A stretch of 64,000 bases of DNA from Octopus vulgaris (Eukaryota). The notes below the pieces were generated by a model. That model saw nothing but the letters and a program-made list of their open reading frames with translations. It was not told the origin of the DNA and did not search any database. The DNA lies in contig OX597836.1 in NCBI GenBank assembly GCA_951406725.2, forward strand, positions 13,702,001 through 13,766,000, given 5' to 3'. Made by a program: the position numbers and the translations under genes. This document shows positions 1 to 13,700 of the stretch, piece by piece (position 1 is the first letter of the stretch; each line of letters opens with the position of its first letter).

Positions 1-1650
1 TGATGTGCAGGCATGGTTAAGAGGTTGCCTCCCAACCACATAGATTGGGGATCAATCCTACTTCATTGCATATTGTAACCTTGAACCTGCCAAATCCTTG
101 TGAGTGGATTTAGTTGTGTGTGTCTTTGTTTGTCTCCTTGTCTTGACATTGTGTGATTGTTGTAAATGAATATCAGCCATCATCATCATCGTTTAACGTC
201 CGCTTTCCATGCTAGCATGGGTTGGACGATTTGACCGAGGGCTGGCAAACCAGATGGCTGCACCAGGCTCCAATCTTGATCAGGCAGTTTCTACAGCTGG
301 ATGCCCTTCCTAACGCCAACCACTCCGAGAGTGTAGTGGGTGCTTTTTACGTGCCACTGGCACAGGGGTCAGCCAGGTGGTACTGGCAATGACCTTGCTC
401 AAATGTTTTTACAAGTGCCAGTAAGGCGATGCTGGTAACGATCACGCTCGAATGGTGCCTTTTACGTGCCACTGGCACGGAAGCCAGTTAGCCGCTCTGG
501 CAACGATCACGCTCGGATGGTGCTCTTAGTACCCTACTAGCACGAGGCACAAGTGCCAGTAAGGCGACGCTGGTAACGATCACACTCGAATCATCATTTA
601 ATGTCTGCTTTCCATGCTGGCATGGGTTTGACGGTTTGACATGGTGCTTGCTTGTCAAGTAGTGATGAGGGGACAGACACAGTCACACACACACACGTGT
701 GTGTGTGTGTGTATATATATGTGACAGGCTTTTTTCAGTTTCTTTCTACCAAATCCACTCGCAAGTCTTTGGTCAGCCCAAGGCTGTAGTTGAAGACACT
801 TGCCCAAGGTGCCACGTAGTGGGACTGAACCCGGAACCATGTGGTTAGGAAGCAAGCTTTTTACCACACAGCCATCATCATCATTGTTCGACCGTGGTCG
901 AGACAATGGAATTTACTATGCTATGCCAGACTTCACAGTCCATCATAGTACTTAATTTATCGACCCCGAAAGGATGAAAGGCAAAGTCGACCTCGGCGGG
1001 ATTTGAACTCTGAATGTAGCGGCAGACGAAATACGGCTACGCATTTCGCCCGGCGTGCTAACGTTTCTGCCAGTTTGCCGCCTTCAAGCATGGCACATAC
1101 CACCAGATCATTCTGACTCGCGAGTGACAGCTGTGCTGCACGTGTCAATTTCATAAGTAGGAGTTCATTTGGTTGAACAAGTGAACTCTCTTTGTCAAGA
1201 CTGATAGAGTATTTAACACCATTGTTTGCTGGACTATTAAACCTCTCAACATTCCCATTTCAAGTAACCAGGAAGTATTACTAGTATTACTTCATCGCGT
1301 GCTTGTTATGTTGTAACATAATTAGCATTAAACACACACACTTTACCGTTTGTTTACCTATTCATGAGATAGCTACATTAATAGCAAGTATTATACAGAT
1401 ATACAGTATGTACACACACACACACACACAGATTATATATAGGCGCAGGAGTGGCTGTGTGGTGAGTAGCTTGCGTGGCACCTTGGGCAAGTGTCTTCTA
1501 CTATAAGAATATGTCCTAGGGTTGATTTGTTCAACTAAAGGTGGTGCTCCAGCATGGCTGCGGTCAAATGACTGAAACATGTAAAAGAATAAAATATATA
1601 ATGGTTGTCAAATTCTATATTTAAATAACAAAAAATTAACATTAAACATT

Positions 1651-1917
1651 TCACGCTCCAGAAGTTGAGGAAACTTGGCTACAAAGTTCTTCCCCACCCA
1701 ACTTATTCTCCAGACCTTTTTTCCTACCGACTACCACTTTTTCAAGCACCTTGATGGTTTCCTGTGAGAGAATGAGTTCAAAAATAGAACCAATACTGGA
1801 AGTGCATTCAAAGAGTTCATTAGCTCCAGAACTCCAGCTTTTTATGTTACCGGAATAAACAAACTTGTAACTCGCTGGCAAAAATGTGCTGATTGTAATA
1901 GTACTTACTTTGAATAA
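1651..1917 (+). mobile_element. Mariner transposase C-terminal remnant
   Basis: Translates to LQKLRKLGYKVLPHPTYSPDLFPTDYHFFKHLDGFL*...FYVTGINKLVTRWQKC; a second YSPD-DY fragment lies near 2207-2265. Confidence 0.8.
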
Positions 1918-2334
1918 AATTTTCCACATTGTTGAAGCTTTTGCCTTGCTAGTATAGGTTGGATAAAATCTCTGGAAGCAGTATTCTATGGTTGGGTACC
2001 CATCCTATCACCAACTCTCACCTGTTTCCAAAGTATGGTAATATTTCCTCATGACCAAACATGTTTTCACGGAATATTGGAAATAAATGACACTGCTTTT
2101 GTGACAGTGACAACCATTTACAACTCACATGATGTCAGGGCTAGGAAATACAAACAAACATGCATACATACATCATACATGCCTATATACATGCATAATA
2201 GTAAATCATATTCTCCAGACTTTTTTCCTACCGACTACCTCTTTTTCAAGCACCTTGGTTTCCTGCAGAACTATAATATAAAATTGTGTTTATTCTTATT
2301 TCTTATATATATATATATATATATATATAATATG

Positions 2335-2720
2335 GGAGGCGCAATGGCCCAGTGGTTAGGGCAGCGGACTCGCGGTCATAGGATCGCGGTTTCAATTCCC
2401 AGACCAGGCGTTGTGAGTGTTTATTGAGCGAAAACACCTAAAGCTCCACAAGGCTCCAGCAGGGGATGGTGGTGATCCCTGCTGTACTCTTTCACCACAA
2501 CTTTCTCTCACTCTTACTTCCTGTTTCTGTTGTACCTGTATTTCAAGGGGCCGGCCTTGTCACTCTCTGTGTCACACTGAATATCCCCGAGAACTACGTT
2601 AAGGGTGCACAATCTGTGGAGTGCCCAGCCACTTACACGTTAATTTCACGAGCAGGCTGTTCCATTGATTCGGATCAACCAGAACCCTCATCATTGTAAC
2701 CGACTGAGTGCTTCCTAGTG
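2335..2720 (+). mobile_element. tRNA-derived SINE (family D)
   Basis: Head ggaggcgcaatggcccagtggttagggcagcggactc...ggtttcaattcc with A/B boxes; related heads at 30052-30115, 36560-36680 (-), 53788-53900, 59278-59350. Confidence 0.75.
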
Positions 2721-3745
2721 ATTAGGGTGTTCTCACAATTGCGAGATCGTGGTTTCAAATTCTAGACCATGTGGTGCATTGTGTTGTTGAGTAAAACGCT
2801 TCCGTCTTGCTTTGTACTGCGATAACTTTGACACCTGATGCAGGGTATGCTGCGCACCTGTTCAGGTAACATCAATTTGATGGAGGGAGTGAGGTAATGT
2901 ATGGCACCTACATTTGATTACTATAAACAGATCATTTGTGCAGGTTGTTCGGCAAGAGCTGAACACTCATATGTCGTCTTCGATGGGAGAGTCCATCATA
3001 TATGTAACCTACACCAATGTTGCATAACCAGCCCACTCAAAAAGTACCTTGGATCGTAGGGCGACATGCCGTGCTTGATGAGACCTATAGTGTCAAGTAC
3101 ATCAAAATCAAATCAAATCACCATCAAATGGATATTGTAGTTGTGGTCCCCATGCCAGTGGCACGTAAAAAGCATTGTCCATACGTGGTCAATACCAGTG
3201 CCGCCTTGACTGGTTTCTGTGTTGGTGGCACGTAAAAATCACCATCCGATCATGGTTGATGCCAGCCCCCTCTGGTCCCTGTACTGGTGGCACATAAAAG
3301 CACCCACTACATTCTCAGAGTGATTGGTGTTAGGAAGGGCATCCAGCTGTAGAAACACTGCCAGATCAGACTGGAGCCTGGTGCAGCCTCCTGGTTTCTC
3401 AGACCCCGGTTGAACCATCCAACCCATGCCAGCCTGGAAAATAGACATTAAACGATGATATATATATATATTCCAACCCCTGTCAGCATGGAAAACAGGC
3501 ATTAAATGAAAGGATTGTGCATATAGGTAGTGACCTTTCAATTTTCATCTACCAAATCCACTCACAAGCTTTTTGGTTAACCTGGGGCTCTAGTATAAGT
3601 CACTTGCCCAAGGTGTCATACAGTAGAACTGATTCTGAAACCATTTAGTTCAGATACAAACTTAACCACATAGCCATACTTATGCCTAATGCCCATGCCT
3701 GCATCTCTCTCTCTCTCTCTCACTATATATATATATATATATATA

Positions 3746-4350
3746 TCAAACTTCTAGATCAAGTTATGAAGATCTTGGGCAAACTCAATTCCCAATTGAT
3801 CTGTGATTTATTAAACCTGGATGAGGTTCAGTTCTGCCTTGTCTCTGGAAAAAGCATCTCAAATGCAAGCTTCCTCATGAGACAGCTCCAGGAGAACTCC
3901 CTGGCTAAGAATAAACCACTACACTTAGCTTTCATTTATTTAGAGAAAGCTTTTGACAAGGTACTACTTTCGGTAACCTTGTAAGCTCTGAGGAAACTAG
4001 GAGTAGATGATTGGTTTGTGCTGACTGTTCAAGCTATCTACAAGGATGCTGGCAGTGACTTTATTGATGAATTTAGCCTAAAGGTAGGAGTCCATCAGGG
4101 TTCAGCTCTCAGTCCTTTCTTATTTACCATAGTCCTACAGGCTATCATCCTTGGGAATTTCTGTATGCTGATGATTAGTTCTCGTAGCTGAATCCATAGT
4201 GGAATTAGAGAAGAAATTGTAGGCATGGAAGCTAAACCTAAAATTGAGAGGCCTTGAGGTAAACTTAGCAGAGATGAGGGTTTTAGTAAAAAAAGTGAAG
4301 ACCAGACCCTGGTACCTTAAGGGAAATAGCCTTGCTTGATATGCAGAAAA
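3746..4350 (+). pseudogene. Degenerate RTE-type LINE reverse transcriptase fragment
   Basis: QFCLVSGKS...FLMRQLQE...HLAFIYLEKAFDKV...GVHQGSALSPFLF...LYADD, interrupted by stops and frameshifts. Confidence 0.85.
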
Positions 4351-4524
4351 GTAGTAGTTAAGAGCCCCTTCTAAACTCTCACTTGTGCTGCAAGCTTTTT
4401 AATTTTGAGGTTCTGAGAAATGAAGACCAAAACTAGTTTCTTTTTTTTTTCTTTTAGCTGCTTCTCTTACTATCTCACAACTTCAGTTATCTTTTATTCT
4501 TATTTTGTTTTTGTCTTTTTGCAG

Positions 4525-4593
4525 GACCTTACGATGATAGAGGATTTGCATCGCTGTAAAGTAATTTTGGAGCGATATCAATGGAATATAGAG
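4525..4593 (+). CDS. FAF2: FAF2 exon (UBA-like domain)
   Basis: ttgcag|DLTMIEDLHRCKVILERYQWNIE|gtaact. Confidence 0.92.
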
Positions 4594-7500
4594 GTAACTA
4601 AATGTTTCTGTGGTGACCCTTTCTCTGTTTTCAGTACTATGTATAAACCACAAACCACCTCTGCCTACTAATCAATCAATTAGTGAGCCAACCACCAGAT
4701 CATGATGGATAGTAGGAAGTTAAATAGAACTAGAGGCAGTGTTTTCACCAGATCGACGAATGACCAAGACCTTTGGCATTATGTTGTGCTTGAGAAGAAG
4801 ACCCATCAAACCAAGCAAAATTGCAGTCCTGGTAGATTCTGGGTTCATGTAAATGACATCCGTGCTGGTGGTGTGTAAAAGCACCCATTACACTCTCAGA
4901 GTGGTTGGCGTTAGGAAGTGCAGGCATCCAGCTGTAGAAAAGCACGCCAAATCAGACTGGAGTCTGGTGCATCCTTCCAGCTTGCCAGGACCATTTCACT
5001 GCAAACCACACAGCCATGTTTGTGCTCATATACACTCGTGCACATACCTACACACATGCATGCAACTATCAACATCTGGCATTCCGTTGGTTACGACAGC
5101 AAAGGTTCCCGTTGATCTGATCAACAATACAGTCTGCTCGTGATGTTAACATGCATATAGGTGTGCGCTGCACAGACATGCATAGCCACTGCACCTTGGG
5201 CAAGTGTCTTCTTGTCCAAGCCTTGCAAGTAGTGCAAATACTCACCCAACTTTCTAGAAATTAGTTCTCTGGGAGATTCAGCATGACAGAAAGAATGTGA
5301 CAAGGTTGGCCCTTTGAAATACAGGTGCACATCATTTTTGCCAGCTGAGTGGACTGGAGCAATGATAAATAAAGTGTCTTGCTCAAGAACACAACACACC
5401 ACCAGGAATTAAACACATGAACCTTACAGTTGTGGGCCAAATACTCGTAACCACTGTCACACACCTACATAAACACACACACACACATACACATGCATGT
5501 ACAGATGCTTTGATTTGTTGTTTCCTCTCTTGTTCTCATATTGTGGCTCTCTCTATCGTTTTCTATTTCCAGTCAGCTGTCACAGACACACTAAACGAAC
5601 GTGATGTCGTGGACGCCCATTTTACAACCCCGGTCCAACCGAATAACACTGAACCTCGGATGCCAAGCATGAACTTAACACCCCGAGACCAACAGTGAGT
5701 TCAATTCCAACCTCTGTCCTCTGACTCAATCAAACTCAACTGTCTTCAAATATGTATTTAAATTTACTGTATTTAATTATACTGTAATTTAATTAATACT
5801 GTATGTAGGAGTCCTACCCCTAATATAGCGTTAAATCTACGTTCAAAATTTTTCCCTTTCATATTCAAACTTACCTCATATATAAACTGCACCCCAGTTT
5901 TTAGAGTTAAAACCAGGTGTGTATATATACACCAAGGAAGGCATCCAGCTGTAGAAACACTGCCAGTTCAGACTGGAGCCTGGTGCAGCCCCTGGCTTCC
6001 CAGACCCTGGTTGAACCGTCCAACCCGTGCTAGCGCGGAAAACGAACGTTAAACGATGATGATGATATTAGTGATACCTATACGTTAGTAAACAGACTAG
6101 TATTTGTCTTCATTTCCTTTTTAGTTTTGATTTCCTTTCAACAAGTAAAGGATAAAAGTTATCTTTTGTCCTTTTACTTGGTTCAGTCATTAGATTGTGG
6201 CCATGCTGGGGCACCCCTTGAATTTAGTCAAATAAATCAACCCTAATACTTTTTTTGTAAAGTCTGGTACTTATTCTATCAATCTCTTTTGCCAAACTAC
6301 TAGTTATGGGGACATATATATATATATATCATCATCATCGTTTAACATCTGCTTTCCATGCTAGCATGGGTTGGACGATTTGACTGAGGACTGGCGAACC
6401 AGATGGCTGCACCAGGCTCCAATCTTGATTTGGCAGAGTTTCTACAGCTAGATGCCCTTCCTAACGCTGACAACGATTACACTTGGATGGTGCTCTTTGT
6501 GCTCCACTAGCACGGATGCCAGTCATCGAATTTGATTTCAATTAAGATTTCACTTGCCTCAACAGGTCTTCGCAAGCAGTATCCAATGAAGGGAACGTAC
6601 GCATAAGTGGGCTGGTTACACTCCTGGCTTAGTCTATATATATATATACATAAAGTAATGTTTTCTGCCATAGCTAAGGTACTTTTGTAATGGTTTGTAA
6701 TGTGCTGTTCCAATGTACTCAAAATTTTTTTCCCCTGAATATGCACTGCGTCTAATGGGGATACATCTTATACACCCATACGTCTTTTATACCATCGAAT
6801 ACAGTACATAAATAACTTTGAGGAAATCATGTACATCACATACTCTCATTCCGTTTCCATTATTAATACAGTCCCCCCCCCCCCATACACATTGCCTAAA
6901 AATTCAAGTGAAATCTGTTGAAAGTACCCAAAATCCAGGTATCACAGGTGATGATATTAAATCTATCATCATCCCCTCTCCCTTTCTCTCATTCCTCCAC
7001 TTTTATTCATTTCCATATCTTTAATCATAATATAACTGGGTTTTTTTTTGTGTGTCTTGCTATTCTTAATTTAATGCCAGTTTGTTTTTTCCTGCCATCT
7101 TCTCTTCCAGTGTCTATGTAACCACATCATCAGGCCCCCAAGGAGTAGTGCAATGGATTTCGTATGCATTCATGCTTCCATTTCGATATTTTTTCACCAC
7201 AGTTTTCAATATTTTAAAATTTGCATGTAAGTATTCAACTAACACTCCAATAACACATTTTTTTAAAAAAATTACATTAAAAAAAAAATTTCCCCCTCGT
7301 TAGTCTCCTATGCTTACATGTTATGCTGGTTTGAAAATTAGTGCATATATTGCCATTTGTCTTAATACAAGTTCACTGACAGCTTAACTGATAAGTTACC
7401 AAGTAAAGAGAACAGTGGAGAGCCTGCAATTTGTATCCTGTCATTGATCCTGTACTATGTTCCTACCCAACATAACTTCCATGGGTAAAGCCAAAAGGCT

Positions 7501-7743
7501 TGAATCCAACTGGTCTCATCTAACTTTTCCTATTGACATAAAACTAGGCAAGATGTTGGGTCACCCTGCTTTCATTTATTCAATTCCTTGCCATTAATAC
7601 ACCTATCTACCTACCTATCTATCTAATATATACATTTAGTAAGAACTACATATATTATTTTTTTAAAGTTTGATTCAGACTCCATGCAACTTTAATTGCA
7701 TAGGGTCAAATCAAATTGTTTTAAATAATTACACACACGTACG

Positions 7744-7779
<36 letters not shown>

Positions 7780-10700
7780 CGTGTGTGTGTGTGTAAAGGG
7801 TAAAAATCCTCTTTGTTCCTGAATGATCATAGAATTGTACCTAGAAAGTTACCCTCCAAGGTACAAATCTGGACAAGATTGTTTATGGATGACCAGTAGT
7901 TGTCCATGCATACCAGCCTCTCCTCTCCATGCCACCAATATTATCCAAGGGAAAGGCAAACACCTATACAGCTTGGCACCAGTGACGTCGCAACTCATTT
8001 CTGCAGCTGAGTGAAGTGGAGCAATGTGAAATAAAGTGTCTTGCTCAAGAACTCAACACTCTGCCTGGTCCAGGAATCAAAACTCACTACCTCATGATTG
8101 TAAACTCAACACTCTAACCACTGGACTTTTCCTTTTCCCTTGGATAGCATTGGTGGCATGGAGAGGGAAAGCTGGTCCACTTTGCTTTTATCCTTTCAGG
8201 GTCAATGAAATATGTACCAGTTATACACTGGATCATTGTAATCTACTTGCCCCCTCCTCCTCAGTGTAATCCAACTAGATCCTTCTCCAAAAATTTCAGG
8301 TCTACTGCCTATAGTGGAAAGGGTTATTATTTCTGGAAGTTGAACCTTGTGAATGAGATGGTGTTTTGAGGCAGAACCTGTCCAACCCGTGCCAGCATAG
8401 AAAAACACATAACACATGCATTCATACATATAACGATGTATATTATCTGTTTTGCTAATTAGTCTTTCTTTGCTTTTTCCAGACAGACTGTTTTGGCCAG
8501 ACCCAAGACAAAGTAAGTACTTCTTTCTTAACTATTTTCTCTGTCACATTTTATTTTACAGTCCAATGTTGTAAGGAGATGGAAATTTGTCTGTTAATGT
8601 TTAGCCCCAAATCCAACTGACTACTAGCAGAGAAGTTCCTTCCATAACCATCCTGTCTTTTTTTGCTTTTTTTGCAGAATTACGTTATCTAATACCTCTT
8701 TCATTCTTTTCATTATTTAATATATTTTCCAAGACAGTAAGGTTTAATTTAACCCTTTCGTTACTGTATTTATTTTGAGATGCTCTGTGTTTCTTTCAAT
8801 TACTTCAAATATAACAAAGAATTTAATAAAATAACTTAGTTATCATTGAGCTAGTGTTAGGAACATAAATTGTGACTAAGGTTTTGGTGGAAGGTTTTAA
8901 TCCCAAACTTATGAAAACAAGACATTTGTAATCAGAGCCAGTTTCAGCCGGGTTGGTAACGAAAGGGTTAAGGGAGAACTGGCTGCAAATTAAGTGACCA
9001 TATGGAGGTTTCCTTTTTGTCATGTTGTTGCTGTTATAGTTGAGTGACCGTTCTCAGCCCCTGGCAGATGTAGAGCTGTAAATACACATAACATTTGCAC
9101 ATGGTCACCAGATTTGGTATGCACACACACACACACGCATTCATCTATGATGGACTCTGCCTTTGGTTTTGATGTATGAGGATCCAACAACTTACACTTT
9201 GTCAGTCACAATGCTAATGCTGAATGTGACATTTAAGTCCTGCCAACAATTTGCAAAGAAGCCCACAGGTGTTATAAGTATGAGGATTACCGGTCAGTGC
9301 AGGTGGTATATTTGCAGGTACTTTTCTCCATTGCCTTGCACCCCTAAGCCTATTAATGCTCGTTAAAACAAAGTTAGCTCTTTGACATTTAACTCCTGCC
9401 AACAATTTGCAAAGAAGCCCACAGGCTTTGACATGATGTTTACCCATTTTGTTTGCTTCAAAGCTGTTTTCTCAAAAGTGTTGTGAGCTACATTGATTGC
9501 TGAGAGGTTACCTTTCAACTTATCCTTATATCTGAGCCATGGTCGACCAACATTCCTGTGCCCACTATCAAGCTGGCTGTACACGAGGACTTGGGGTATT
9601 CTTTCATCACTCATTCTGACAACATGCTCAGCCCAGCGCAATTGCAGCTGCATGAAGAAGCTTTCAATTTCACCTTTTTTACACACATACATATGTGCGC
9701 AATGGTCTTCTTTCAGTTCTTGTCATGAAATCCATTCACAAGGCTTTGGTCGGCCCTGTTGACTCTAGAGTAGGAACACTTGGCCAAGGTGCTGCGCAGT
9801 GGGACTGAACTTGAAACCACATGCTGGGAAGTAAACATACCCTGCACGTATTTATGTTTAATTGGAGGAGTAGGCACGGGCGTGGCTGTGTGGATAGGGA
9901 GCTTGCTTCCTAGCTTCATATGGCTTCGGGTTCAGTCCCACCACGTGGCACTTTGGGCAAGTGTCTTCTGCTATAGCCCCGGGCCGACCGAAGCTTTGTG
10001 ATTGAATTTGGTAGGTGGAAGTTACTGCCGTGTGTGTATATGTGCGTATAGCTGCTTGTGCCTCTCCGAGAGAGAGGGGAGAGGGGCGGGGATTGTCTTT
10101 GTGTGTGTATAACACACACACACTAATACACATATCAGCCGTCCATGTAGTTCCATCAACTTTCATTTGTCTTTTATTTATTCTTAATTTTTTTTTCTTT
10201 CTTTCTTCCTTTGAGATGTTACTGATCCAGTAGGAGATGTTATGGCTTTCATTAATAAATTCAAAGATGATTTTGGTAACACACATCCTGTTTTCTATCA
10301 GGGGTCATATAGCCAGGTGAGTACAATTGTTTGTTTCTTTGCATGTGGAAGTGGAAAAATGTGTTTGCATGATTTCTATACATTCCCTCTCCCTGTCATT
10401 TCAGTATGTAGTGACCATCTAATTGAGACATTTTCTCTTTTTTCCTCTTGGCTCCTCTATCTTTCCAGAAGAAGAGCTTATACTCAAAACATTAAAGATT
10501 TCTTAATTTTCCTGAGCCTAAACCTATTTGTTTTGTTTTTTTTTTACCACTCATTCATATTCTTTAAATTGTGTACCGAAGCTCACTTCCCAACCACATG
10601 GTTCTGGGTTCAATCTCACTGTGTGGCACCTTGGGCATGGGCCTCAGGCCAACCAAAGCCTTGTGAGTGGATTTGGTAGATGTAAACTGAAAGAAGCCCA

Positions 10701-13700
10701 TTATGTGTGTGTGTGTGTGTATAATATGTCTATATCTATGTCTTTGTCCCACACTGTCACTTGACAACCAATGTCTGTGTTTACACCACTGTAACTTAGC
10801 AGTTCAGCAAAAGAGATCAATAGAATAAGTACCAGGCTTTACAAAAGAAAATAACTTGGGTTGATTCATTTGATTAAAATTCCTTCAAGGTGGTACCCCA
10901 GCATGGCCACAGTCTAATGACTGAAACAAGTAAATGATATGTATGTATGTATGTGTGTGTGTATAAAATGGAGTAGTTTGGGTGAAGTATTGTGTGGTAT
11001 TACTTTTAAGTGATTTGCTTTGTAAGGTTGGAACAAGGCTAGAAGGGACAAGCTAAACTTCAAAAGGAACCCGTGGACATGCCTACAAAGTCAGAAAACA
11101 GCACAGCTCCCATGACCAGGAAACATTTTTTCATGCTGAGAGTTGCTGAAGCATGGAACAAACTGCCGGCATCGGTTGTTAGTTGACGGAGCACTGCATC
11201 CTTCAAAACTTCCATGCTTCCTGAGATTCGCCAACACTACACTTGATTTTCTCCCCTCCATACACACACAAGCGTGTATCTGACTCATACATTGTTCGCT
11301 TTCCAGACATTTGCACATTACTGCATGTAATTTATATGCACTTTCTGACAAGTTGTGGTGCACCTGAGCACTGTATACAATAATTTCATTATATTATTAT
11401 ATGAAAACGAGACAAATAAATGCACCCTTTTAAAGCCTAGCCAATATACTATGCCTGTCTGTAGTTGTCTAGGATGTTTTTATACATAAAGATTTTGTAT
11501 CTCTTTTCAGGCAATCAACGATGCTAAGCGAGAGCTGCGTTTCCTCCTTGTCTATCTTCACGACGACAGCCTTAGGAACTCTATGGTATTCTGCCGGTAA
11601 ATTCTCTTGTTTGCTTCTACTCAGCTCTCTAAAACCAAACCAACCAACCAACTATCCAACTCTTTAACCCTTTAGCATTCAAACCGGGCATATCCGGCCA
11701 AAATATTTAACCTGTTTTATATTGAAACTGACCAGAGCTTGCCTCTCACCTCAGCCCTACCATGTCTTTCTAAAACTAAAAAATTACATCACTGAAATCT
11801 CTAAACTACAAGATAATGCAGGATTAATTCAAACCATTTCAAATAAACAAACATCACATTTGACACAATAATCTGAACACTAAAGGGTTAATGCCTCTCT
11901 CAAATTTTCCACCTTGTCATCCACATACTACAAAGAAATTTGTTTTGACAGAGAGTGATTTTCTTCTTGTGGAAGGCAAGGTGTTTGTTATAGATTAAAT
12001 TAAGAATATTAAAACATTTTCTTCTGATATTTTTTCCAACTGGTTTTTCTTCCTTGTTTGCTTCTTTCAGAGAAACGTTATGCAATCCTAATGTGGTTAA
12101 CTTTATCAATTCCAAAGTGTTGTTTTGGGCATGCAATGTCAGCAGTCCTGAGGGATACAGAGGTAAGACATGATACTCATTCTATTGTCGCATTCTTGTT
12201 GTTGTTTTGTCTTGTTTTGCCAAACCACTAAGTCATGGGTTTACTCTTTTACCTGTTTTGGTCCTTTGACTTCGGCCATGCTGGAGCACCACCTTTAGTC
12301 GAGCAAATCGACCCCGGGACTAATTCTTTTTGTAAGCCTAGTACTTATTCTATCGGTCGCTTTTTTGCCGAACCACTAAGTGACGGGGGTGTAAACACAC
12401 CAGCATCAGTTGTCAAGCGACGTTGGGGGAACAGACACAAACATACACACACATACATATATATATATATATACATATACGACGGGCTTCTTTCAGTTTC
12501 CGCCTACCAAATCCACTCACAAGGCTTTGGTCGGCCCGAGGCTATAGTAGAAGACACTTGCCCAAGGTGCCACGTAGTGGGACTGAACCCGGAACCATGT
12601 GGTTGGTAAGCAAGCTACTTACCACAGCCACTCTTGCGCCTAGAAGCAAATCTAAACTATCAAGAGGTGAAGCGCAAATATAAATACATACACATGTGCA
12701 GACCCATATACACACATGCACACATACATATGATGGGCTTCCACACATACACATGTATGTTTGTGTTTGTCCCCCACCTGTGCTTGACAGCCATTGTTGG
12801 TGTGTTCGCATCCCCATAACTTAGCAGTTCAGCAAAAGGGACCAATGGAATAAGTGCCAGGCTTTAAAACAAAAAGAAGTACTGAGGTTGATCCATTTCA
12901 CTAAAATGTTCTTCAAGGTGGTGCCCCAGCATGGCCACATTCTACTGAAATAAGTAAAAGATAAGAGATAAAACACTGTTATCTCACCAGTCATTTGATA
13001 ACTTTTCATTCCGTATCTGATTGTGATGTCCCGATGTTGTGTCTGACGACTGCACTCTCTTGCTAGTTACTCTTTTCTGTTGTACAGACACTTATCAAGT
13101 ATTTCTTCTCTATTTTCCTCATTTCAGTCTCTCGGACCATCCGTGTTATTAAGTATCCTTTCCTGTCCCTTATTGTCTTACGTGAGAACAACAGTATGAC
13201 TGTTGTGGCTCGGATTGAAGGATTGGTAGGTAAGTGCACCTCTTCGAATCAGCTTCCTCTTCTTGTTGTTGTTCAGCTCCCTCCTCCTCCTCCACAGCTG
13301 CTGACCACATAGTGATTCTCTCACTTGTAACATACAGCTAATGTCTCAATAGTATTGACTAATATCTTCCGCTAATGTTTCAATCCTTGTGCCTATACTA
13401 GAGACATTATTTTTTATCATACAGATAAAGTAATATTTCGAATGCAGTATGGCTGTGAAAACAGCAGAAAGATGGAGTATTTTATCCCTATAAGACAGGG
13501 AAATTTGCCAGCAGACAGCCATGGGACTTGAACCTGCACCCGTCAGATACCAGCAGAGTACTCTACCTATTTCTTTACTACCCACAAGGGGCTAAACACA
13601 AAGGGGACAAACTAGGACAGACAAACGGATTAAGTCGATTACATCGACCCCAGTGTGTAACTGGTACTTATTTAATTGACCCCGAAAGGATGAAAGGCCA

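Noticed and set aside
1651-1929. 92-aa minus-strand ORF
   Set aside because: Antisense shadow of a decayed mariner transposase on the + strand.
2335-2405. tRNA genes (also at 28174, 30052, 39542, 53788, 59278)
   Set aside because: These are tRNA-like heads of multi-copy SINEs; they run into SINE bodies and lack a proper acceptor stem.
1-4524. First coding exon of FAF2
   Set aside because: I found no Met-initiated exon resembling the expected ...EKLLQFQ segment; the region is nearly all repeats, so the exon is presumably upstream of the window.
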